In this document: positions 30,247 to 37,749 of the stretch, piece after piece
How the letters are laid out: each line of letters opens with the position of its first letter
Numbering within the stretch: position 1 is the stretch's first letter
NCBI GenBank assembly: GCA_033764315.1
Contig: JANRJA010000212.1
Span: 14,829 to 78,828 of the forward strand
Origin: Oculatellaceae cyanobacterium bins.114
GTDB lineage: Bacteria > Cyanobacteriota > Cyanobacteriia > Elainellales > Elainellaceae
Direction of reading: 5' to 3'
DNA length: 64,000 bases
The notes under the pieces: model-generated
Database searches by the model: none
Seen by the model: only the letters and a program-made list of their open reading frames with translations
Told to the model about the DNA's origin: nothing
Translations under genes and position numbers: made by a program

Positions 30247-33200
30247 ATGAGCAAACAAGCAGGTTACTATCGGTTTCCCACGATTTATGGCGATCGCATT
30301 GTTTTTGTTTGTGAAGATGATTTGTGGAGTGTGCCTGCTACGGGGGGTATGGCGATTCGATTGACGGCCAATTTGGGTGAGGTCAGTCGTCCTTATTTGT
30401 CCCCAGATGGCACCCGACTGGCATTTATTGGGCGCGAGGAAGGACATGCCGAGGTGTACTGTCTGCCTGCCGAGGGGGGTGTCGCGCAACGGTTAACCTT
30501 TTTAGGAGCACAAACAGTCGTCGTCGGTTGGAGCCGAGATGGTCAATCCATTTTGTTTTCGAGTAATGCGGCACAACCGTTTCGGCGCATTTTTAATCTC
30601 TACGCCATCAACCCAGAGGGGGGCTTACCAGAACGCTTGCCCTACGGATTAGCCCATCACATCGCGTTAGGGGCAAGTGGTGGGGTCGTACTGGGCAGAA
30701 ACACGGGTGATCCGGCTCGTTGGAAACGCTATCGTGGCGGCACAGCAGGTGTTTTGTGGATTGACCCTGATGGCAGCGGCACCTTCCACCGACTGCTCAG
30801 TTTGAATGGCAACCTGACGACTCCTATGTGGGTGGGCGATCGCATCTATTTCATCTCTGACCATGAGGGAATTGGCAACCTCTACTCCTGTACACCCCAG
30901 GGTAAAGATGTGCAGCGTCACACACACCATACAGAATATTACGTTCGCAATGCCTCAACTGACGGTACTCGAATGGTCTATCATGCTGGGGGAGAGCTGT
31001 TTTGCTTTGACCCGACACTCACCTCTACTCAAAAAATTGAGGTCGAGTTCCATAGCCCTCAGGTGCAACGTCAACGCAAATTTGTTGATGCAGGTCGCTA
31101 TCTAGAAGACTATAACTTGCATCCCGAAAGCCACTCGACCCTAATCACCACACGGGGCAAAAGTTTTTACTTTGGCAATTGGGAAGGAGCCGTGCTGCAA
31201 CTGGGGCAACCTGACGAGGGACGCTATCGCCTCACCCGCTGGCTCAATGATCAGAAACGCTTTGTCACCATTACCGATCGCGCGGGTGTCGAGGCATTGG
31301 AGATCTTTAACACTGACACAGACTTTCCATCTGAGCGACTGGATGGATTAGACCTGGGGCGATCGACTGATTTGGAAGTATCCCCTGTTGCCGATCAGGT
31401 AGTGCTCTCTAACCATCGCCATGAACTGCTTTGGGTTGATTTAGAAACACGTCAGAGCCGAGTCCTCGATCGCAGCCCCTATCAGCGTATTGCCGGATTT
31501 TGCTGGTCACCTGATGGTCAGTGGGTGGCCTATAGTTGCGCTGAAACGCCACAAACCTTCTCCATCAAATTGTGTCGAGTACAGGATGGTACGGTGCATC
31601 GTCTCACACCTCCTCGTTTTCGAGATGTAGAACCCAGCTTTGACCCAGAGGGCAAGTTTCTCTACTTTCTTTCAGTGCGAGAGTTTAATCCCGTCTATGA
31701 CAGCATCTACTTTGATTTAGGCTTCCCAATGGGGATGCGTCCTTTTTTGATCACCCTACAAAAGGATACGCCCTCTCCGTTTATTCCCGTGCCTCAGTCG
31801 TTTAGTGCCAATGGCAAAAACGGATCCAACAGCAAATCTGAGACAGGTGCAGATTTTGCCGCTTCAGCCGCGCGTGGTGATACAAATCCTGAAGATATAA
31901 ATTCTGAAACAGGCGAACCCAAAGAACCAGAAGCAGACAAACCTCAGCCCAAACCAATCGCCATTGATTTTGACGGCATCGAGCATCGCATCGTCGGCTT
32001 TCCCGTAGCAGAGGGACGCTATCGCCAGATTATTGGAGTTAAAGGCAAGGTGTTATTTAGCTCCATTCCTATTCAAGGAAGCCTCGGTCGCAGCGGATGG
32101 GGAGACTCTGACCCAGAAGCAAACGCTGTCATTGACATGTATGACTTTGCAGAACAAAAACAAGACCGGGTTGCAAATGAGGTTACTAGCTTTAAAGTCT
32201 CCAAAGATGGCACGCTGATTTATCGCTCTGGCAACCGTTTAAGAGTGTGTGCGATCGCCCCCCTCGATAACGGCAAAGGCAAAGGCGACCCAAAACCTTG
32301 TCGTAAAACAGGTTGGCTTGATCTCAAACGAGTTCGTCCTTCAGTGGTGCCGTTGCAAGAGTGGCAGCAGATGTTTCGAGAAATTTGGCGACTGCAACAC
32401 GAACAGTTTTGGACAGCAGATATGTCTGGCGTGGATTGGGATCACGTCTATGATCGCTACGCCCCATTGTTAGAAAAAGTGACAACCCGTTCTGAATTTT
32501 CTGACCTGATTTGGGAAATGCAAGGCGAATTGGGCACCTCTCACGCCTATGAAATGGGGGGTGACTATCGCAGAGAACCCGATTATCGATTGGGCTTTTT
32601 GGGAGCAGATTTTGTCTATGACGCTGAGCATGACGCTTACCAAGTTCAGCACATTGTTCGAGGTGATGGCTGGAGTGATGACTCTGACTCGCCACTTAAT
32701 CAAGTTGGGCTAAACCTGCAAGTCGGGGATGTGTTGTTGGCTGTAGCTGGACGCCGCGTCAATCGCTACCGTTGCCCGCAAGCGTTACTCGTCCACCAGG
32801 CACATGCCGAGGTAAATTTGACCTTTCTCAAAGTTGGGTCAGAGACTCCCCACAGCGTTACTGTAGAAACGCTGGCAGACGAGACGCAAGCCCGCTATCG
32901 AGAATGGGTGGAACACAACCATCGACTCGTTAACGAAGCCACCAACGGCAGAATTGGCTATGTCCACATTCCTGATATGGGGCCCAAAGGCTACGCCGAA
33001 TTTCACCGCTATTACCTAGCAGAAGTTCACAAACCAGGGTTAATTGTCGATGTGCGCTACAACGGTGGCGGACACGTCTCACAGTTGATTTTAGAAAAGT
33101 TGGCACGACAGCGGATCGGCTATAACATCTCGCGGTGGGGGCAACCCGAACCCTATCCTGCTGATTCGGTGTTGGGGCCAATGGTGGCGATCGCCAACGA

Positions 33201-33555
33201 ACACGCAGGCTCTGACGGAGACATCTTTAGTCACTGCTTTAAACTCATGGGCGTGGGCACCTTGATCGGCAAACGCACTTGGGGGGGCGTGATTGGCATC
33301 TTTCCCCAACACACCCTGGTCGATCACAGCATTGTCACCCAACCTGAATATTCTTTCTGGTTTCAAGATGTCGGTTGGGGCGTTGAGAACTATGGCACCG
33401 ACCCTGACATCGAAATCGACATCGCCCCTCAAGACTGGGCACAGGGCAAAGACCCCCAACTCGACACAGCGATTCAACTTGTTTTGGAACAGTTGGAAAA
33501 GAACCCTGTAGCGTTGCCTGACTTCAGCGATCGCCCCCGGTTGCCATTACCGTAA
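30247..33555 (+). CDS. Tricorn protease (peptidase S41)
   Basis: IVFVCEDDLW and WKRYRGGTAG propeller motifs, GELGTSHAY, PDZ-like region, DVRYNGGG, AGSDGD nucleophile, RTWGGVIG. Confidence 0.95.
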   Translation: MSKQAGYYRFPTIYGDRIVFVCEDDLWSVPATGGMAIRLTANLGEVSRPYLSPDGTRLAFIGREEGHAEVYCLPAEGGVAQRLTFLGAQTVVVGWSRDGQSILFSSNAAQPFRRIFNLYAINPEGGLPERLPYGLAHHIALGASGGVVLGRNTGDPARWKRYRGGTAGVLWIDPDGSGTFHRLLSLNGNLTTPMWVGDRIYFISDHEGIGNLYSCTPQGKDVQRHTHHTEYYVRNASTDGTRMVYHAGGELFCFDPTLTSTQKIEVEFHSPQVQRQRKFVDAGRYLEDYNLHPESHSTLITTRGKSFYFGNWEGAVLQLGQPDEGRYRLTRWLNDQKRFVTITDRAGVEALEIFNTDTDFPSERLDGLDLGRSTDLEVSPVADQVVLSNHRHELLWVDLETRQSRVLDRSPYQRIAGFCWSPDGQWVAYSCAETPQTFSIKLCRVQDGTVHRLTPPRFRDVEPSFDPEGKFLYFLSVREFNPVYDSIYFDLGFPMGMRPFLITLQKDTPSPFIPVPQSFSANGKNGSNSKSETGADFAASAARGDTNPEDINSETGEPKEPEADKPQPKPIAIDFDGIEHRIVGFPVAEGRYRQIIGVKGKVLFSSIPIQGSLGRSGWGDSDPEANAVIDMYDFAEQKQDRVANEVTSFKVSKDGTLIYRSGNRLRVCAIAPLDNGKGKGDPKPCRKTGWLDLKRVRPSVVPLQEWQQMFREIWRLQHEQFWTADMSGVDWDHVYDRYAPLLEKVTTRSEFSDLIWEMQGELGTSHAYEMGGDYRREPDYRLGFLGADFVYDAEHDAYQVQHIVRGDGWSDDSDSPLNQVGLNLQVGDVLLAVAGRRVNRYRCPQALLVHQAHAEVNLTFLKVGSETPHSVTVETLADETQARYREWVEHNHRLVNEATNGRIGYVHIPDMGPKGYAEFHRYYLAEVHKPGLIVDVRYNGGGHVSQLILEKLARQRIGYNISRWGQPEPYPADSVLGPMVAIANEHAGSDGDIFSHCFKLMGVGTLIGKRTWGGVIGIFPQHTLVDHSIVTQPEYSFWFQDVGWGVENYGTDPDIEIDIAPQDWAQGKDPQLDTAIQLVLEQLEKNPVALPDFSDRPRLPLP

Positions 33556-33678
33556 ATAGGAAGGAGAAGCAGAGAAGCCAGAAAAGGGGCATATTGGGCG
33601 GAACCCTACGTAAGTTGGTTGAAAAATACTTCTGGGTACTCTGATTGGGCAACTAATCAGCAACCTGAGTAAGTCCTT

Positions 33679-34380
33679 ATGCCAAAAACCGTCCGAAAAG
33701 CGGGACAAAATATTCGTGAACTGGCACTCAAAAGACGAATAAAAGCGATCGCTTCCTTTGCCGCAGCAGGGTTAGCCCTCGTCTTTCCCTTCCTCATAGT
33801 TAAGACGTTTGAGAATTTTTTGAGCCAAGTTTCCTCCCTCAATGCTACTCAACCACAACCCTCCTTAAATTTGCCCCCGATCTTTTATGCCGTGTTCATC
33901 GTGGCTGCTTTAGGGTTGGTCGCCAATGGTGTTCTTTTGTGGAAACGGGCTAATCGTGCCACTCAAGGGGCAAAAGGAGAGGAAGCCACTGCTCAAGAAA
34001 TGGTGCAGCTAGAACATCAAGGCTGGCGCATTGAATATGGAATGCATTTAGGCAGGGGATTGGGCGATGCTGATATCGTTTGCATTTCTCCTCAAAACAA
34101 AGCCTATGTGATTGATGTCAAATCCCATAAGGGTGAAGTAACAACTGATGGAGAGCAGTTATATCGTCGAATGGGAAACACAACTTATCCCTTTGAGAAG
34201 AACTTTTTAGCCCAAGCCATGAAACAAGCATTACAGGTCAGGACACAAAAGAACTTAAATTTTGTCACTCCAGTGGTAGCTTTTTCTAATGCTAAGGTTT
34301 CAGTTCCCATTGGCAAGTTACAAAAAGTATATGTCGTTGAAAAATCTAGATTAGTATCGCTGCTAAAATCTCTTGGTTAA
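33679..34380 (+). CDS. Membrane-anchored NERD (nuclease-related) domain protein
   Basis: Two N-terminal TM helices; GAKGEE, DADIV and IDVKS PD-(D/E)xK-type motifs. Confidence 0.85.
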   Translation: MPKTVRKAGQNIRELALKRRIKAIASFAAAGLALVFPFLIVKTFENFLSQVSSLNATQPQPSLNLPPIFYAVFIVAALGLVANGVLLWKRANRATQGAKGEEATAQEMVQLEHQGWRIEYGMHLGRGLGDADIVCISPQNKAYVIDVKSHKGEVTTDGEQLYRRMGNTTYPFEKNFLAQAMKQALQVRTQKNLNFVTPVVAFSNAKVSVPIGKLQKVYVVEKSRLVSLLKSLG

Positions 34381-34614
34381 GAGCCAAATATACTTACTTT
34401 TAAGGCTCAACCTGAAAAGACCACAGCCATTACTTCTAGTTCCCTTCATTTGTCAACGCATTAAAGGTGAGTGCCGAGTTAGTAGTTGATAGATTGTTAG
34501 AGTAGGGGCGATCGCCTAAGCTTATTTAGCACAGATTGAGAAGAATGTGCCGAGTAACCGTAATATCGCTTATTGTTATACTACACACCCATAAAACCAC
34601 ACCTTTTATCAACT

Positions 34615-35682
34615 ATGCTGAGGTCACTCAGAATTGAAAACTTCCGGTGTTTCCAAGCATTTGAGCTTCAACAGCTTGGTAGATTAAACCTGCTGGTTGG
34701 GACTAACAATAGTGGCAAAACGTCAATCCTAGAAGCCGTTCAATTGCTGACTTCTCACTCTAATCTCGAATCATTACGGGAAGTAATGATTAGTCGAGGT
34801 GAATATATCTTTAATGATGAACGTAACGGTGGACGTGAGTTAGACATTCGTCATCTTTTTTATGGGCATTTAATTGACGTAGATAGTAAGTTCTCAATTT
34901 TTAGTAGCAATCATGATAGTGGAGAAGGAATAACTGTATCTCTAGAACACACAGGGCAGCTTAGTTTGTTTGAGGATTTACAAGAGCTTGTGTTAGTCGT
35001 TAAATGGTTAGGGCAAGAGAGTGAAGATGTAAAGTTACCTTTGTCTTCAAAAGAAGGTTTACCGTTAGATTATGTAAGACGGATTCGTAGAGATTTTAGA
35101 AGTGCAGGAACAAAGACACAATTTCTAACTACTTCCTCTTTGACTGCTGAGAAAATGATCGAGTTATTTGACCAAGTTGTTTTAACTCCAGAGGAAGATT
35201 TAATTACAGAAGCACTTCAAACCATTGAGCCAAGTATTGATCGTATTGCATCAGTTAGTTCTGAAAGAAATAGATTCGGCTCACGTGGTGGCTTCGTAGT
35301 ACGACTTACTAATGGAGATCAACGTATCCCTATCGGTAGTATGGGTGATGGGATATGGCGAATGCTAGGACTAACTTTAGCCATTGTAAATGCAAGAAAT
35401 GGTGTTTTACTCGTTGATGAGATTGATACTGGGCTGCACTTTAGTGCAATGTCAGATATGTGGAAATTAGTTTGGGAGACAGCCAAACGACTCAACGTTC
35501 AAGTTTTTGCAACTACCCACAACAGTGATTGCTGGACAAGCCTAGCAGCGATCGCAAATACTAAAAGCCCAAGTGAGGAAGGCATTACAATTCAACGAAT
35601 TGAGAAAGGTAAACCAAACAGTGTAGTCTTTACTGAACGTCAAGTAGTCATTGCCGCTGAACGAGGGATTGAGGTGCGGTAG
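34615..35682 (+). CDS. ABC-type ATPase (AAA_15/AAA_21, AbiEii-like)
   Basis: IENFRCF, Walker A GTNNSGKT, signature SMGDG, Walker B LLVDEIDTGLH, H-loop ATTH; no TM helices. Confidence 0.9.
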   Translation: MLRSLRIENFRCFQAFELQQLGRLNLLVGTNNSGKTSILEAVQLLTSHSNLESLREVMISRGEYIFNDERNGGRELDIRHLFYGHLIDVDSKFSIFSSNHDSGEGITVSLEHTGQLSLFEDLQELVLVVKWLGQESEDVKLPLSSKEGLPLDYVRRIRRDFRSAGTKTQFLTTSSLTAEKMIELFDQVVLTPEEDLITEALQTIEPSIDRIASVSSERNRFGSRGGFVVRLTNGDQRIPIGSMGDGIWRMLGLTLAIVNARNGVLLVDEIDTGLHFSAMSDMWKLVWETAKRLNVQVFATTHNSDCWTSLAAIANTKSPSEEGITIQRIEKGKPNSVVFTERQVVIAAERGIEVR

Positions 35683-35685
35683 AGC

Positions 35686-36336
35686 ATGGCTGATACTCAT
35701 CCAAGGATTCTTCTTGTCGAAGGCAAGCAGGATGTTCGTGTAATACCACAATTGATTGAGGCAAATGGTATTAATTGGGGCACACGAAAAAACCCAATTG
35801 TATTTATTCGTGATTATGATGGTTATCAAAGATTAGTAGATCCAGATGTAATTTCAACTGAACTACAAGCATCTGGGCTTACTACGTTGGGTATTATGCT
35901 TGATGCAGACGAAAATCCTTTAGGACGGTGGCAAAGTATTAGAAATGCCAGCTTAAGAAGTATTCCTGATATTCCAGAAGATTTACCTGAAGATGGGTTA
36001 ATACATACCACGCCCAATGGCATCAAGTTTGGTGTTTGGATCATGCCTGATAACAAAATAAGTGGTATGTTGGAAACCTTTTTAACATGTATGATCCCAA
36101 CCGAGAGCGAAGCACTTTGGCAGTTTGCTCAAGCAGTAGTGCAAGAGGCAAAAAACAAAGGTGCGCTATTGACAGATTTTCAGCTAGACAAGGCTAATAT
36201 TTACACTTGGTTGGCTTGGCAAAATCCTCCAGGACGACAACTTCATCAGGCGATTATGGAGCGTATCCTGAATCCAAATCATCCTAATGCTCAACGATTC
36301 GTCACCTGGTTCATAACTTTGTATGGCTTAGCTTAA
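35686..36336 (+). CDS. TOPRIM-like protein (DUF3226 type)
   Basis: LLVEGKQD, GIMLDAD and GMLETFL motifs; 3 nt after the ATPase stop. Confidence 0.8.
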   Translation: MADTHPRILLVEGKQDVRVIPQLIEANGINWGTRKNPIVFIRDYDGYQRLVDPDVISTELQASGLTTLGIMLDADENPLGRWQSIRNASLRSIPDIPEDLPEDGLIHTTPNGIKFGVWIMPDNKISGMLETFLTCMIPTESEALWQFAQAVVQEAKNKGALLTDFQLDKANIYTWLAWQNPPGRQLHQAIMERILNPNHPNAQRFVTWFITLYGLA

Positions 36337-36408
36337 CTGATGGTGAATGTTTTGGAATTAAGGCGATCGCCCAGTTCATGCCCCAATCGCGATGTTAAAA
36401 GTAGAAAT

Positions 36409-36798
36409 CTAAGGTTGCCGAACCTCACACTCAGTCAGTCCTTGAGATCGATTTACAAACTTAGTATCAAAAGTATACATTGCAGAGCAATTTTGGCTCT
36501 GTGCCAAATGAATCGCATCAGCAAAATCTAAACCGTTCTCATGCCATTGTAAAGTTTGTACTATCAAACTTCCATTTGAAACTTGAACATTAGGTAAACC
36601 TAAAAGATTTCTCAAGGCTGTACAAATTTCATCGGGTCTAAATTTGTAAGCAAACCGTAGAACCCATTCCGTTTCAAGAATGACTGTGTCGGGAATAAAG
36701 ATATCGTGTTCTTGAAACAGTTTCAAACTTCTGTTATATTGCCGCTCGTCGTCTTGGGTTAGCAGACGTACAACAATGTTTGTATCAACTGCGATCGC
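36409..36798 (-). pseudogene. vapC: PIN-domain (VapC) toxin lacking a canonical start codon
   Basis: Frame reads (A)IAVDTNIVVRLL...ETEWVL...DFADAIH...YTFD. The codon at the expected start is GCG and there is an in-frame TAA five codons upstream. Confidence 0.75.
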
Positions 36799-37048
36799 AC
36801 CACTGCTCCATTACTCCCTGGCGAATTGCATCATCTAGTTCATCTAAGCTCTTTGGTTTTCCTTGATATCTCAAGCATCCTGCAACTTGAGCTAAGGTCG
36901 TCTCTGCAAAAGGCTTTTTAGGCTTTAGCAGAATACCATCACCGACATTGATAGCAACCAGTTCTTGCCCTGCTTCCCAGTGATGAGCAGTTCGTAAGGC
37001 TTTTGGGATGGTTACTTGTCCCTCATTGGATAAACGGGTTATTTCCAT
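36785..37048 (-). CDS. AbrB/MazE/SpoVT-family antitoxin
   Basis: LSNEGQVTIPKALR...W..G motif; overlaps the PIN gene start. Confidence 0.9.
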   Translation of the reverse strand: MEITRLSNEGQVTIPKALRTAHHWEAGQELVAINVGDGILLKPKKPFAETTLAQVAGCLRYQGKPKSLDELDDAIRQGVMEQWCDRS

Positions 37049-37197
37049 TGAAGTTAGGGAAGCAACAGTAAGAAATCTACAAGAATTCTAGCATCAGCCT
37101 CTTGAATGCATCTGGCGATCGCCCTACTAGAGAATAGCCCCGCACTCTCCAAGGTTGAAATACAATAAAGCAACCATGAAATGCAGGAGACAGAACC

Positions 37198-37653
37198 ATG
37201 TCAACGGAACTGCAAGCCAGCCAAAAGAGCCTGTATGAAGCCGACTTTATCCGTTGGGTTGAGGCTACTGCCGAGCAATTGCGGACAAAGGACTATGCTT
37301 CGGTTGATTGGGCAAATTTGATTGAAGAAGTTGAAGATATGTCTCGCCGTGAGCGGAAAAGCCTGAAGAGCAACCTCGTAGTGATTCTGCTGCATTTACT
37401 AAAGTGGCAATATCAACTAGACGGTCGTGGAGGGAGTTGGCGAGGCAGCATTCGAGAACATCGCAGGCGTGTCAATGAGGACTTAAAAGACTCACCAAGC
37501 TTATTGCCCTATCTCCAAGAGATATTCACTGAATGTTATATCAATGCTCGTGAGCAGGCGGCAGATGAAACAGAGTTACCGTTAGAAACATTTTCCTTGG
37601 ATTGCCCTTATACAGTTGAGCAAGCATTGAATTCTGAGTATTTACCCAATTAG
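37198..37653 (+). CDS. DUF29 family protein
   Basis: LYEADF..W, DWANLIEEVEDM, HLLKWQYQ, SW..SI...R, SPSL, CPYT.EQ.L. Confidence 0.92.
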   Translation: MSTELQASQKSLYEADFIRWVEATAEQLRTKDYASVDWANLIEEVEDMSRRERKSLKSNLVVILLHLLKWQYQLDGRGGSWRGSIREHRRRVNEDLKDSPSLLPYLQEIFTECYINAREQAADETELPLETFSLDCPYTVEQALNSEYLPN

Positions 37654-37749
37654 AGTCAAACTGATACGCAAGGTTAAGAGCTTCATTACATTCAAAGCGA
37701 TCGCCCCATTGCGCCACTCATAATTGGGTAGTAGACAATTCTATTGGTT

